Below are positions 1 through 10,443 of a stretch of 55,632 nt of DNA, in pieces. The stretch comes from Actinomycetota bacterium (GTDB lineage Bacteria; Actinomycetota; Actinomycetes; Nanopelagicales; Nanopelagicaceae). The stretch is taken from positions 1 to 55,632 of the forward strand of contig WLOF01000001.1 of the NCBI GenBank assembly GCA_009699375.1, read 5' to 3'. The stretch's first letter is position 1. Each line of letters opens with the position of its first letter. A program made the translations under genes and the position numbers. The notes under the pieces were generated by a model that worked only from the letters and a program-made list of their open reading frames with translations, made no database searches and was not told the origin of the DNA.

Positions 1-309
1 AATAAGCAAAAAGTAGTTTTGGCTAGAGAACTTTCTCGCCCTGTGAAGTTAGTTGTTGCCTCTCAACCAACTCGTGGTTTGGATGTCGGGTCAATTGAAT
101 TCGTTCACGAGCGAATTCTGGCCGAACGCGATGCAGGACGAGGCGTTTTGCTATTTAGCACCGAGCTTGATGAGGTTATTGCTCTTGCAGACCGGATTGC
201 GGTTATGTACGCGGGGGAGATTATTGCCATAGTTTCACCAGAGACATCCAGAGCCCAGTTGGGTCTTCTCATGGCTGGGGTTCGCCCGGAAAATAAGGCG
301 AGTGCATGA
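1..309 (+). CDS. ABC transporter ATP-binding protein, C-terminal fragment (5' end outside window); nucleoside/simple-sugar type uptake system
   Basis: Frame 1 is open from nt 1. NKQKVVLARELSRPVKLVVASQPTRGLDVGSIEFVHERI is the degenerate Walker-B/D-loop segment typical of the second NBD of duplicated sugar/nucleoside ABC ATPases. Stop TGA 307-309 overlaps the next ATG (ATGA). Confidence 0.85.
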   Translation, partial: NKQKVVLARELSRPVKLVVASQPTRGLDVGSIEFVHERILAERDAGRGVLLFSTELDEVIALADRIAVMYAGEIIAIVSPETSRAQLGLLMAGVRPENKASA

Positions 310-1478
310 AAATGATTTCGAAAGCTTTTTCTAAAATTAAACTTCCACTTCTAGCGTTTGTATTAGCAGCATTCTTTGGTGGAATTCTTATTGCTCTATC
401 AGATCGAGAAGTTTTGCCTCTTATTGGCTCACCCTGGAAATTCTTTACGGCAGCGCTACATTCAGCCGGAAATGCCTACCTTGCGCTCTTTCAGGGTTCG
501 ATATTCGATACCAACCTTGTTAAACATGGTTCTCTGCTGAGTGGTTTCTATCCACTCTCAGAGACTTTACTTATTGCAACTCCGCTGATTTTGACCGGCT
601 TGTCAGTAACGCTCGCTTTTAAAGCGGGTTTGTTCAATATCGGAGCACAAGGTCAATTTATATTCGGAGCCATAGGTGCTTCTTATATTGGATTTTCATT
701 TAATTTCCCACCAGTGATTCACGTATTACTCGCACTGATAACTGCAATAGTTTTTTCTGCGATGTGGGGTGGATTCGTTGGATTGCTAAAGGCTAGAACC
801 GGAGCACATGAAGTTATCGTGACAATCATGTTCAATTACATCGCAGGATTTTTCTTATTTTGGCTCTTGAAAACCAAAGTATTCCTTCGCCCAGGTGGAT
901 TAATCAATCCATTGGCACCGCCGGTCCATGACTCAGCTAAGTTACCCCAATTCCTTGGTAGTGATTTACGAGCGAATGCCGGAATTTTCATTGCCATACT
1001 TGCCACTTATTTTGTTTGGTGGTTATTGAATAGAAGTACTTGGGGATTCCGGTTTAGAGCGGTTGGTGCAAACGCATCCGCGGCACGCACTGCAGGAATT
1101 TCAGTTGCCTTTGTCACAACCACTGCTATGGCTGTTTCTGGCGCGTTAGCCGGATTAGGTGGAGCTATACAAGTTCTCGGATCTGAGTTTGCACTGACTA
1201 CAGATGTGGCTGGAAGTTTCGGTTTTGATGCAATCACTGTCGCGCTGTTAGGCCGCGCAAATCCAATCGGCACGGTAGTTGCGGCGTTGCTTTTCGGAGC
1301 GCTGCGCGCTGGAGGGCTAACGATGCAGGCTAATACACAGAATCCCGTCGATATTGTTTTGGTTATACAGGCTCTCATAGTTCTATTTATTTCTGCACCG
1401 ACCCTTGTTAAATTTATTTTCCGCTTGAGAGATTTGAAAACTGGCTCAACGGTTGTTTCAAAAGGCTGGAACGGGTAA
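306..1478 (+). CDS. ABC transporter permease (nucleoside/simple-sugar family, first of two)
   Basis: 390 aa polytopic hydrophobic protein with a GxNIGAQGQ-type motif (GLFNIGAQGQFIFGA). Coupled by ATGA to the upstream ATPase and by TAATG to the next permease. Confidence 0.85.
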   Translation: MKMISKAFSKIKLPLLAFVLAAFFGGILIALSDREVLPLIGSPWKFFTAALHSAGNAYLALFQGSIFDTNLVKHGSLLSGFYPLSETLLIATPLILTGLSVTLAFKAGLFNIGAQGQFIFGAIGASYIGFSFNFPPVIHVLLALITAIVFSAMWGGFVGLLKARTGAHEVIVTIMFNYIAGFFLFWLLKTKVFLRPGGLINPLAPPVHDSAKLPQFLGSDLRANAGIFIAILATYFVWWLLNRSTWGFRFRAVGANASAARTAGISVAFVTTTAMAVSGALAGLGGAIQVLGSEFALTTDVAGSFGFDAITVALLGRANPIGTVVAALLFGALRAGGLTMQANTQNPVDIVLVIQALIVLFISAPTLVKFIFRLRDLKTGSTVVSKGWNG

Positions 1479-2752
1479 TGACTCAACTCGAAACACGCAC
1501 TCTTTCCTCGCCAGAAAGACGCCGACGCAGAAATATCGCAACAATGGCAGTACTAGGAATCCTTGCTTTCTTGTTTTTTGCGATATTGCCAAAGCAAAAT
1601 GAGGTAATAACCTTTGGATTTGTATTGGGGAATGAATGGGCCTTCCTGCATCAATGGGCCGTACATTCCAAAAGTGGATCAATGGTTTTCTCAATCATTT
1701 CTATTGCCGCGGTCATAATTTCTTACTTGCAGTTCAAGGCGCGCAAAACTGTTCGAGTTGCGAGTGCCATCTTTTCCGTGAGCTTATTCATGTCATTTCT
1801 TTGTTGGACTGCAAGCGGAAAATTCATTCCACTCACTGGCTTGTTACAAGGTGGGCTCTTACTTTCTGTTCCACTGATCTTTGGCGCAATGGCCGGAGTG
1901 GTCAGTGAGCGATCTGGCGTAATTAACATTGCAATTGAAGGTCAGCTTCTGTTTGGGGCCTTTGCGTCTGGAGTCTTGGCCAGCATTACTCATCAGAAAT
2001 GGCTTGGCTTACTTATCGCACCATTTGCTGGCGCTCTCGTGGCACTTTTACTTGCAACTTTTGCAATTAAGTTTGCCATCGACCAGGTAATTCTTGGTTT
2101 CGTTCTCAATGTATTGGTTATTGGCATTACTGGTTTCTTATATCAACGATTACTTATTCCCTACCAAAGTACATGGAATTCGGGATCAGGATTGGATCCA
2201 TTAGCAATTCCAATCCTTGCCAAGATTCCACTTATTGGTCCGATATTTTTCGAGCAGACCATCATTGTCTATTTCATGTATCTCATCGTGGCACTAATCA
2301 ATATTGGATTATTTAAATCCAAGTGGGGTTTACGCATGCGAGCCGTTGGCGAGCATCCAACAGCGGCTGAAAGTGTTGGCATAAATGTTAACAAAATTCG
2401 TTTTCGCAATGTTGTGCTCGGGGGAGCAATAGCAGGATTTGGCGGTGCATATTTCACGCTGGGTGGAGTGGGTACGTTTAGTCGTCAAATGACTGCAGGT
2501 GCAGGTTTCATTGCACTTGCTGCTTTAATCTTTGGAAAATGGAGCCCTATGGGCGCTGTTGGCGCTGCATTGATTTTTGGATTTGCCAGCAATGTTGAGA
2601 GTGTACTTTCGATTATTGGTACAACAATTCCTTCGGAGTTCATGTTAATGATTCCCTACGTCGCGACCGTGATCGCAGTTTCTGGTTTTGTTGGTCGGGT
2701 TCGAGCTCCGGCTGCTGATGGAATTCCATACAAACGTGGAGAAAGTCACTAA
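1478..2752 (+). CDS. ABC transporter permease (nucleoside/simple-sugar family, second of two)
   Basis: 424 aa polytopic membrane protein (INIAIEGQLLFGAF motif). 1-nt overlaps (TAATG) at both ends. Followed by nucleoside catabolic genes. Confidence 0.85.
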   Translation: MTQLETRTLSSPERRRRRNIATMAVLGILAFLFFAILPKQNEVITFGFVLGNEWAFLHQWAVHSKSGSMVFSIISIAAVIISYLQFKARKTVRVASAIFSVSLFMSFLCWTASGKFIPLTGLLQGGLLLSVPLIFGAMAGVVSERSGVINIAIEGQLLFGAFASGVLASITHQKWLGLLIAPFAGALVALLLATFAIKFAIDQVILGFVLNVLVIGITGFLYQRLLIPYQSTWNSGSGLDPLAIPILAKIPLIGPIFFEQTIIVYFMYLIVALINIGLFKSKWGLRMRAVGEHPTAAESVGINVNKIRFRNVVLGGAIAGFGGAYFTLGGVGTFSRQMTAGAGFIALAALIFGKWSPMGAVGAALIFGFASNVESVLSIIGTTIPSEFMLMIPYVATVIAVSGFVGRVRAPAADGIPYKRGESH

Positions 2753-3150
2753 TGGTTATTGATTGGGATGCACTTAATCAGCAGGCATTATCTGCAATGA
2801 AGAAGGCTTATGCCCCGTATTCAAAGTTTCCCGTGGGCGTAGCAGCGCTTGTTGATGATGGCAGAATAATTAGTGGATGTAATGTAGAGAATGCAAGTTA
2901 TGGATTAACACTCTGCGCCGAATGTGGCTTGGTTTCAACTCTTATCGCAACCGGCGGAGGGCGACTTATTGCATTTTCTTGTGTTGATTCACACGGCAAC
3001 GCGCTCATGCCATGTGGTCGGTGTCGTCAATTACTTTTCGAACATGGCGGCGGTGCGTTGCAAATGATGACCGATACGGGTGTTAAGCCACTTTCTGATT
3101 TACTTCCATGGGCATTTGGGCCAGAAGAATTGAACAAGCGCCTTGATTGA
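2752..3150 (+). CDS. cdd: cytidine deaminase
   Basis: 132 aa with zinc-binding motifs CAECGLV and PCGRCRQ at the classic spacing of homotetrameric CDA. Confidence 0.93.
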   Translation: MVIDWDALNQQALSAMKKAYAPYSKFPVGVAALVDDGRIISGCNVENASYGLTLCAECGLVSTLIATGGGRLIAFSCVDSHGNALMPCGRCRQLLFEHGGGALQMMTDTGVKPLSDLLPWAFGPEELNKRLD

Positions 3151-4432
3151 ACCATTTGCCGCTGTTGAGATCATCTCGGCAAAACGTGATCGCAATGAAT
3201 TGTCAGATCCCCAAATTGATTGGGTAATTTCTGCCTACACGCGAGGCATAGTTGCCGATGAGCAAATGTCCGCACTCCTTATGGCTATTTTGCTCAACGG
3301 CATGAATTCACGAGAGATTTCTCGATGGACTAACGCCATGATTAATAGCGGTGAACGAATGAATTGGTCAGCGTTAGATCGCCCGACTGCAGATAAGCAT
3401 TCAACAGGTGGAGTGGGAGACAAAATCACACTCCCGTTAGCTCCTTTGGTTGCTGCCTGCGGGGGAGCAGTGCCACAACTTTCTGGTCGCGGTTTAGGCC
3501 ATACAGGTGGGACTTTAGATAAATTGGAATCTATTCCTGGTTGGCAAGCTGAATTGACGAATGAGAAAATGCTAAAAGTCTTGCAAGATTGCGGCGCTGT
3601 AATTTGCGCTGCAGGAAAAGGTTTAGCGCCAGCGGATAAAAAACTTTACGCACTTCGAGATGTCACAGCAACAGTTGAGGCAATTCCGCTTATTGCATCT
3701 TCGATTATGAGTAAGAAGATTGCTGAAGGAACTTCTGCCCTCATCTTGGATGTTAAAACCGGAAGTGGTGCATTCATGAGCGATCCTGCTAAAGCTGGTG
3801 AACTTGCTCGGACTATGGTTCAACTTGGTCTTGATGCTGGAGTGAAGACGCGTGCACTCGTAACTGCGATGGACGTTCCCTTAGGTCTCACTGCTGGCAA
3901 TGCCCTTGAAGTTCGGGAATCAGTAGAAGTACTTGCAGGTGGCGGACCAAGTGATGTTGTTGAATTAACCATTTTACTTGCCAGAGAGATGATTGATGCC
4001 GCTGGAATAAAAGGAAAAGATCCAGAAGTTGCGCTTAAGGATGGAAGTGCAATGGATGTCTGGAAGCGCATGATTGCCGCCCAAGGTGGCGACCCTGAAG
4101 CAAAACTTCCTGTTGCTCGTGAACAACATCGAGTTCTTGCAACATCAACTGGAACTCTGACAACAATGGATGCGATGAAAGTTGGCGTATCAGCTTGGCG
4201 GCTAGGAGCTGGTCGATCACGTCAAGGCGAAAGCGTCCAAGCTGGCGCTGGTATCGAACTTCATGCAAAACCTGGTGATGAGATTACTGCTGGCCAAATA
4301 CTCATGACGCTGCACACTGATGAGCCTGAAAGATTCGAGCGAGCACTTCAAGCCCTCGATGGGTGCGTGGAAATTGTCCAAGGTGGCCGCGTCAATCGGC
4401 TACCTTTAGTTGTGGAGAGAATTCAAGGATGA
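3143..4432 (+). CDS. deoA: thymidine/pyrimidine-nucleoside phosphorylase
   Basis: 429 aa. [11 protein letters not shown] phosphate-binding motif and [16 protein letters not shown] motif. TTG start overlapping the cdd stop. Confidence 0.92.
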   Translation: MIEPFAAVEIISAKRDRNELSDPQIDWVISAYTRGIVADEQMSALLMAILLNGMNSREISRWTNAMINSGERMNWSALDRPTADKHSTGGVGDKITLPLAPLVAACGGAVPQLSGRGLGHTGGTLDKLESIPGWQAELTNEKMLKVLQDCGAVICAAGKGLAPADKKLYALRDVTATVEAIPLIASSIMSKKIAEGTSALILDVKTGSGAFMSDPAKAGELARTMVQLGLDAGVKTRALVTAMDVPLGLTAGNALEVRESVEVLAGGGPSDVVELTILLAREMIDAAGIKGKDPEVALKDGSAMDVWKRMIAAQGGDPEAKLPVAREQHRVLATSTGTLTTMDAMKVGVSAWRLGAGRSRQGESVQAGAGIELHAKPGDEITAGQILMTLHTDEPERFERALQALDGCVEIVQGGRVNRLPLVVERIQG

Positions 4433-5526
4433 ATGGCTTAAAAAAGATTCCGACGCCAGATCAAATTAAACGCCTACCAAAGGCACTTTTGCATGACCAC
4501 TTAGATGGCGGACTTCGCCCACAAACGATAATTGATATCGCAAAAGAGATTGGCTATAGCGGCCTCCCAACCCAGAATGCAGAAGAACTTGCAACCTGGT
4601 TTCGTGAATCATGTGACTCCGGTTCACTTGTGAGATACCTAGAAACTTTTTCTCACACAATAGCTGTAATGCAGCGCCGTGAAGATATTGTCAGAGTTGC
4701 TCGTGAATGCGTTGTTGATTTAGCTAATGACGGAGTTGTCTATGCAGAAGTTCGAGGCGCACCTGAACTTTTTACCGAAAAAGGATTAACCCTTTCACAA
4801 ATTGTTGAAGCAACCCTTGAGGGATATCGACTAGGAGAAGCTGAAGCAAAGTCCCAAGGTAAAACTATTCGAGTTGTGTCACTACTGTGCGGAATGCGCC
4901 AAAACTCTCGCTCCCAAGAGATTGCTGAGCTCGTTGTTAAATATCGAGATCAGGGAGTTGCAGGATTTGATATTGCAGGTCCTGAAGACGGTTTCCCTCC
5001 AAGTGATCAACTCGCGACATTCGAATATTTGCGTCAAGAGAATGCCCACTTCACGATTCATGCGGGTGAGGCATATGGGCTGCCATCAATTTGGGAAGCG
5101 ATTCAACTGTGTGGTGCAGAAAGACTTGGTCACGGAGTTCACATTATGGATGACATTGACATGAGGGAACCCATTGCAAAACTAGGTCGACTTGCTTCAT
5201 ATATACGAGATCGCCGAGTCCCACTTGAACTCTGTCCAACTTCTAACCTTCAAACAGGTGCTGCTAAATCCATCAAGGAACACCCAATTGGCAAACTTGG
5301 AAAACTGAGATTCCGCATTACCGTTAATACCGATAATCGATTGATGAGCCAAACTTCCATGTCAAACGAAATGCAACAACTTGTTGATGCATTTGAATGG
5401 ACTTTTCAGGATTTGCAACGCGTAACAATTAACGCTCTCAAGAGCGCATTCATACCTTTTGAAGAGCGCTTGGCAATCATCGAAGATGTTATAAAGCCAA
5501 GGTTTTCCGCTATTTCTAGTGAATAA
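4429..5526 (+). CDS. add: adenosine deaminase
   Basis: [12 protein letters not shown] and VNTDN metal/catalytic motifs. I place the start at ATG 4429 ([10 protein letters not shown]), which forms an ATGA overlap with the deoA stop. The ORF-track start at 4363 lies inside deoA. Confidence 0.9.
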   Translation: MNGLKKIPTPDQIKRLPKALLHDHLDGGLRPQTIIDIAKEIGYSGLPTQNAEELATWFRESCDSGSLVRYLETFSHTIAVMQRREDIVRVARECVVDLANDGVVYAEVRGAPELFTEKGLTLSQIVEATLEGYRLGEAEAKSQGKTIRVVSLLCGMRQNSRSQEIAELVVKYRDQGVAGFDIAGPEDGFPPSDQLATFEYLRQENAHFTIHAGEAYGLPSIWEAIQLCGAERLGHGVHIMDDIDMREPIAKLGRLASYIRDRRVPLELCPTSNLQTGAAKSIKEHPIGKLGKLRFRITVNTDNRLMSQTSMSNEMQQLVDAFEWTFQDLQRVTINALKSAFIPFEERLAIIEDVIKPRFSAISSE

Positions 5527-5529
5527 CTT

Positions 5530-6375
5530 TTAAACCCCGATTGGGTGCCACGTTGTTTTAATTTCCATAAAGGACAAGATTCTGGCGGGTGATTGTCCAT
5601 CAGCAAATGAGTGAATGCGTTTTAAATTCTCAGCTCCTGCAACCTTCACATCGGCTCGCAAATCGTGTTCAACTCCAGTGATATCCAGGCCGTCAATATC
5701 CATATGAGAAGCAAACCACGGTGCAAGCTCACTTTTGGAGCCAGTCAAAATATTGCATACCCCTGGAGGTAGATCACTGGTTGCAAGGACTTCTGCAAAA
5801 CTCATTGCAGGTAGTGGCGCACGTTCGCTAGCCAAAACAATAACGCTATTTCCTGAAACGATTATGGGTGCGATGGCATCAATAAATCCAAGCAAAGAAT
5901 TCTTTTCTGTAGCGATTGCACCTACGACGCCCATCGGTTCTGGAATAGAGAAGTTAAAGTAGGGACCCGAAACTGGATTTGTTGCACCAACAAGAGCAGA
6001 GAGCTTATCTGACCACCCTGCATACCAAACAAGACGATCTACAGAGAGATGAACTTCTTTGAGAGCTTCTTTGATAGAAATACCATCGAGTGCAGATATT
6101 TCGGAAGCAAATTGATCTGCGCGCCCTTCGAGCATTTCAGCAATGCGATAAAGAATTTGCCCACGGTTATAAGCCGTCGCTTTTGCCCAGCTTATGTGTG
6201 CAGTTCGAGCAATCACAACGGCATCACGTAAATCTTTACGAGACGCAAGTGCAGGGTTGGCAAGGAAGCCTCCCTTATGGTCGTTGACTTCGTATGTGCG
6301 GCCAGATTCACTTCGCGGGAAAGCCCCACCAATGAAAAGTTTGTAGGTTTTCTTCACTTCGATGCGATCACTCAT
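5530..6375 (-). CDS. aldehyde dehydrogenase-like protein lacking the catalytic domain (non-catalytic ALDH paralog)
   Basis: 281 aa. The N-terminal ALDH NAD-binding fold is recognisable (KLFIGGAFPRSESGRTYEV, WYAGWSDKL, PMGVVGAI). ENLKR replaces ELGGK, there is no F-x-N-x-GQ-x-C segment, and the protein jumps to a C-terminal ALDH-like strand (FMEIKTTW). Start at ATG 6375, preceded by GAAGGTGG, with an 8-nt overlap (ATGAGTGA) with the upstream ALDH. The track start at 6396 is less likely. Confidence 0.75.
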   Translation of the reverse strand: MSDRIEVKKTYKLFIGGAFPRSESGRTYEVNDHKGGFLANPALASRKDLRDAVVIARTAHISWAKATAYNRGQILYRIAEMLEGRADQFASEISALDGISIKEALKEVHLSVDRLVWYAGWSDKLSALVGATNPVSGPYFNFSIPEPMGVVGAIATEKNSLLGFIDAIAPIIVSGNSVIVLASERAPLPAMSFAEVLATSDLPPGVCNILTGSKSELAPWFASHMDIDGLDITGVEHDLRADVKVAGAENLKRIHSFADGQSPARILSFMEIKTTWHPIGV

Positions 6376-7822
6376 TGTTGCCACCTTCTTCTGCACTCTT
6401 GAGGTAAGCAGTTAAGCCATGACTCCCACCTTCTCGACCCCAACCAGATTCTTTGTAACCACCAAAAGGACTTGTGGGGTCAAACTTATTGAAGGTGTTT
6501 GCCCAAATAACTCCGGCTTTAAGTTGTTGACTAGCCCAGTGAATTCTTGAACCTTTCTCGCTCCAAACCCCTGCAGATAAGCCATAAGGGGTGTTATTCG
6601 CCTTCTCGATGGCTTCTTGGGGCGTTCTAAAAGTGAGGACGGATAAGACTGGACCAAAAATTTCTTCTTGAGCAATGCGATGAGCTTGAGTGACACCAGT
6701 AAATACTGTGGGTGCAAACCAGAAGCCTTTTTTAGGCAATGCGCACTCAGGACTCCAACGCATAGCGCCTTCATCTTCTCCAGATTTTGTGAGAGCAGTA
6801 ATTTTGCTTAATTGCTCGGCCGAGTTTATGGCTCCAAGATCAGTGTTCTTATCGAGTGGATCACCTACTCGGATTTTCGACATTCGAACTTTTAACTTAG
6901 AAACAATTTCCTCAGCAACCGACTCCTGAACAATCAACCTCGAACCAGCGCAGCAAACATGTCCTTGGTTAAAAAATATTCCATTAACGATTCCTTCAAC
7001 ACATTCATCTACAGGTGCGTCGTCAAAAACAATATTTGCAGCTTTTCCGCCGAGCTCTAGTGTGGCTTTTTTCTTCGTAGGTGCAATAGCCCGTGCAATA
7101 GCTTTACCGACTTGAGTTGAACCAGTGAATGCAATTTTGTCGATTCCTGGGTGATCGACAAGGGCAGAACCAGTTCGTCCGTCTCCAGTAACAATATTGA
7201 CTACACCGGCTGGAAGTTCGGCTTGTTGACAGACTTGCGCAAACAACAAAGCCGTCAACGAAGTTGTTTCAGCAGGTTTTAATACAACTGTGTTACCGGC
7301 TGCAAGCGCTGGTGCGATTTTCCAGGCAAGCATCAGGAGCGGGAAATTCCAAGGAATGATTTGTCCTGCGACACCAAGTGGGCGTGGCGAACTACCAACT
7401 CCGGCAAATTCTAATTTATCTGCCCACCCTGCATGGTAAAAAAAGTGAGCACAGGCGAGTGGAATATCGATATCTCGTGATTCACGAATTGGTTTTCCAT
7501 TGTCCAAGCTTTCTAAAACAGCAAACTCGCGTGAACGCTCCTGCATGATGCGAGCTATCCGATAGAGATACTTGCCGCGTTCTTTACCTGGCATCTTTGA
7601 CCACGTTGATTCAAATGCCACCCTTGAACTCGCTACCGCACGGTCAATATCTTGAGCACCACCGAGCGCTATCTGGCTTAGCACTTCTTCGTTTGAAGGA
7701 TTGATCGTGGGGAAGTGGTTGGCACCCTTCACAAACTCCCCGTTAATGAAATGCCCGTATTCACTTTCAATAGTGACAATCGATCGAGATTCAAGTGCCG
7801 GTGCGTAATCAAAATCTGTCAT
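6368..7822 (-). CDS. NAD(P)+-dependent aldehyde dehydrogenase (likely acetaldehyde dehydrogenase, given the deoC context)
   Basis: 484 aa with LELGGKA (catalytic Glu) and FFNQGHVCCAGSR (catalytic Cys) motifs. Immediately downstream of deoC. Confidence 0.9.
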   Translation of the reverse strand: MTDFDYAPALESRSIVTIESEYGHFINGEFVKGANHFPTINPSNEEVLSQIALGGAQDIDRAVASSRVAFESTWSKMPGKERGKYLYRIARIMQERSREFAVLESLDNGKPIRESRDIDIPLACAHFFYHAGWADKLEFAGVGSSPRPLGVAGQIIPWNFPLLMLAWKIAPALAAGNTVVLKPAETTSLTALLFAQVCQQAELPAGVVNIVTGDGRTGSALVDHPGIDKIAFTGSTQVGKAIARAIAPTKKKATLELGGKAANIVFDDAPVDECVEGIVNGIFFNQGHVCCAGSRLIVQESVAEEIVSKLKVRMSKIRVGDPLDKNTDLGAINSAEQLSKITALTKSGEDEGAMRWSPECALPKKGFWFAPTVFTGVTQAHRIAQEEIFGPVLSVLTFRTPQEAIEKANNTPYGLSAGVWSEKGSRIHWASQQLKAGVIWANTFNKFDPTSPFGGYKESGWGREGGSHGLTAYLKSAEEGGNNE

Positions 7823-7833
7823 GAGTGATCGCC

Positions 7834-8781
7834 TTAATCGATTGATACATAGGAGGGGCTTGGATAGAAACCATCGCGGGCTTTCATTCTTTGCATGAGT
7901 AAGTCATTAAGGAGTGCGCTAGCACCAATTCTAAATAGCGATGGAGAAAGCCATTGGCTCCCTACAGTCTCGTTTACAAGTACCAATTGTTTGATGGCAT
8001 CCTTTGTGGTTCTAATTCCGCCAGCAGCTTTTACCCCTATTTTATGGTTGGTCAACTGGTGAAAATCTCGCACAGCTTCAAGCATGACTAATACGACGGG
8101 CGGTGTTGCTGCTGGGGAAACTTTACCTGTGGAGGTTTTAATAAAATCTGCCCCAGCTAACATGGCAATAAATGATGCGGTACGCACATTGTCATAGGTT
8201 ACCAATTCACCAGTTTCCAAAATAACTTTCAAATGAGCTTTAGTTCCACATAATGTGCGAATTTTGGCAATCTCATCAAAAACTACCTGAAATTGCCCTG
8301 ATAAGAACGCCCCTCGATCAATCACCATATCAATTTCGGTAGCGCCTGCATCTAAAGCATCTTGAGTATCTTGAATTTTTACTGCCATTGATGCGCGGCC
8401 GGAGGGAAATGCCGTCGATACAGCGGCAACAGGAACGTGAGATCCGCCGATGCTATCTAAGTGTTTTCTGGCGATTGCAACCATGTCGTTATATACGCAG
8501 ATCGCACCAACACTTGGAACTGATGAATCAGTTGAGTCAGGGCGAACAGCTTTGTTGCAGAGCGCTCGTACTTTTCCTGGAGTATCTGCGCCTTCCAAAG
8601 TTGTGAGATCTACCATCGAAATAGCTAAATCAATTGCCCAATTTTTTGCAGAAGTTTTGATACTTCGAGTTGCCAGCATGGCAGCACGTGCTTCTGCGCC
8701 AATTTGATCTACTCCAGAAAGAGTCTGAAGGAATTTTCGCAGTGAGATTTCAGTGCCATCTACCAGTCCGTAAAATTCCAC
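7834..8781 (-). CDS. deoC: deoxyribose-phosphate aldolase (long actinobacterial form)
   Basis: 315 aa. FIKTSTGK Schiff-base lysine motif. GTG start preceded by GAAGGTAAGG. Confidence 0.9.
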   Translation of the reverse strand: MEFYGLVDGTEISLRKFLQTLSGVDQIGAEARAAMLATRSIKTSAKNWAIDLAISMVDLTTLEGADTPGKVRALCNKAVRPDSTDSSVPSVGAICVYNDMVAIARKHLDSIGGSHVPVAAVSTAFPSGRASMAVKIQDTQDALDAGATEIDMVIDRGAFLSGQFQVVFDEIAKIRTLCGTKAHLKVILETGELVTYDNVRTASFIAMLAGADFIKTSTGKVSPAATPPVVLVMLEAVRDFHQLTNHKIGVKAAGGIRTTKDAIKQLVLVNETVGSQWLSPSLFRIGASALLNDLLMQRMKARDGFYPSPSYVSID

Positions 8782-8804
8782 GGTACTACCTTACCTTCTA
8801 AGGA

Positions 8805-10439
8805 TTACTTTAAGTATTGAATTAAGGGAGCGCGTAATTGAGCAATAGTTTTCATAGCGTCATCCCTTCCGGTATTGCTGATAACTTCTATGTAACACTT
8901 AATTTTTGCCTCAGTCCCACTTGGTCGAATAATGATTCGGACCCCATTCGCAAGCCATAATCTCAACCCTTCAGTGGGGGGTAACCCGTCTGTTGGATGG
9001 GATAAATCTTCAACAGATAAAACCTTGAATCCTGCAATGTCGGAAGGATGTGATTTCTGAATTTTCTCCATAGTTGAACGCACGTGCATGAGCGAGTCGC
9101 ATCTTTGTGAAATTTGCTCCGTCGCGTGAAAACCGTGGAGTTTCCATATTTCATCAAGTAAATCAAAAACAGATTTTGATTGAACTTTCAATTCGGCAGA
9201 AATTCTTGTTAAAAGCAAAGCCGCAGAAATTCCATCCTTATCATTCACCGCTTCAGAATCAACACAGTATCCAAGAGCTTCTTCGTATCCAAAAGCTAAG
9301 TTTTCAATCTTTGAAAGCCACTTGAAGCCAGTGAGGGTATTTTCGAAATTTAACGCGTGTGCTTTCGCAATTTTTTCAAGAATTGTTGATGAAACTATCG
9401 ATGTAGCTAAAACTCCTGTTCGAGATGTTGATGCAATGTATTGGCCCAAGATCGCACCAATTTCATCGCCTCGAAGCATCTGCCAGCTGTCATCGTTTCG
9501 TTTCACTGCCATTGCACAACGATCGGCGTCTGGATCATTGGCGATCACGATATCTGCTCCTACTGCACGAGCGGTCTCCATCGCTAAGTCCATTGCACCC
9601 CGTTCTTCAGGATTTGGAAATGGAAGTGTTGGAAAATTAGGGTTCGGGGCTGATTGCTCTTTTACTAAAAAGAGATTGGTAAATCCAGCTTTTTCAAAAA
9701 CTTGTTGAAGTGTCTTTGTTCCGACTCCATGCATTGCGCTGTATGCGATTCTGATTTCACTCGCCGTATTTGGCTTTGAATCACCTGCGATGCGAACAGT
9801 TCTTTCGACATATTTATCAACAATCGAAAAATCTAGAACGGTCCACTTCTTCCCGCGTGGTTCCTTTGCTAGCGAGGTGACTTTCGAAATCTCTTGGCTG
9901 ATTTGCGAATCTGCAGGGGAGATTATCTGCGAGCCGCGATAATCGATTCCATCGACAACGCCACCCAAATAGACCTTATATCCGTTATCGTGCGCGGGAT
10001 TGTGGCTAGCAGTGACCATAATTCCTACGTCAGCGTTTAATTCATTGACCGCAAATGCAAGAACGGGAGTTGGTAAGGGTTCAGGTAGAACAAAGACATC
10101 CATACCTGCACCGCTAAGTAATTCTGCACTTACTCGACAAAAATCGTCAGAACCATGGCGTGCGTCCCGCCCGATGATTACTTTTCGTAGACCTCGCGCG
10201 GTCATATAACGCGCAATTCCTGTTGCAGTTCTTCCAACTACTGCTTGATTCATACACGATGGACCAGGTCCAATAGGACCACGTAGACCGGCCGTGCCGA
10301 ATTGTAAGAAGCCAGAAAAACATTTCTTTAAATCGGCTTCATTTCCATTTGCGATATATTCGCGAAGTTGGGCAACGGTTTTTGGATCTGGATCGTCTGC
10401 AATCCATGCGTGAATCTCGGCTAATGACTCTGGATTCAT
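8805..10439 (-). CDS. phospho-sugar mutase (alpha-D-phosphohexomutase family; probable phosphopentomutase role)
   Basis: VTASHNPAHDNGYK phosphoserine loop and DPDADR metal loop. Sits between punA and deoC. Start chosen at ATG 10439 (MNPESLAEIHAW), 4 nt after the punA stop. The track start at 10526 would overlap punA by 83 nt. Confidence 0.85.
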   Translation of the reverse strand: MNPESLAEIHAWIADDPDPKTVAQLREYIANGNEADLKKCFSGFLQFGTAGLRGPIGPGPSCMNQAVVGRTATGIARYMTARGLRKVIIGRDARHGSDDFCRVSAELLSGAGMDVFVLPEPLPTPVLAFAVNELNADVGIMVTASHNPAHDNGYKVYLGGVVDGIDYRGSQIISPADSQISQEISKVTSLAKEPRGKKWTVLDFSIVDKYVERTVRIAGDSKPNTASEIRIAYSAMHGVGTKTLQQVFEKAGFTNLFLVKEQSAPNPNFPTLPFPNPEERGAMDLAMETARAVGADIVIANDPDADRCAMAVKRNDDSWQMLRGDEIGAILGQYIASTSRTGVLATSIVSSTILEKIAKAHALNFENTLTGFKWLSKIENLAFGYEEALGYCVDSEAVNDKDGISAALLLTRISAELKVQSKSVFDLLDEIWKLHGFHATEQISQRCDSLMHVRSTMEKIQKSHPSDIAGFKVLSVEDLSHPTDGLPPTEGLRLWLANGVRIIIRPSGTEAKIKCYIEVISNTGRDDAMKTIAQLRAPLIQYLK

Positions 10440-10443
10440 TGTT

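Noticed and set aside
1007-1486. Long antisense ORFs opposite confidently identified genes. Examples: 1007-1486 (-), 9322-9708 (+), 15525-15965 (-), 16308-16694 (-), 16749-17144 (-), 18780-19154 (+), 48300-48770 (-), 49195-49686 (-), 52340-52783 (-).
   Set aside because: Each lies entirely within a gene with strong family motifs on the other strand. Their translations are low-complexity (Ser/Pro/Arg/Ala-rich) with no recognisable motifs. These are typical shadow ORFs, with no independent SD or start support.
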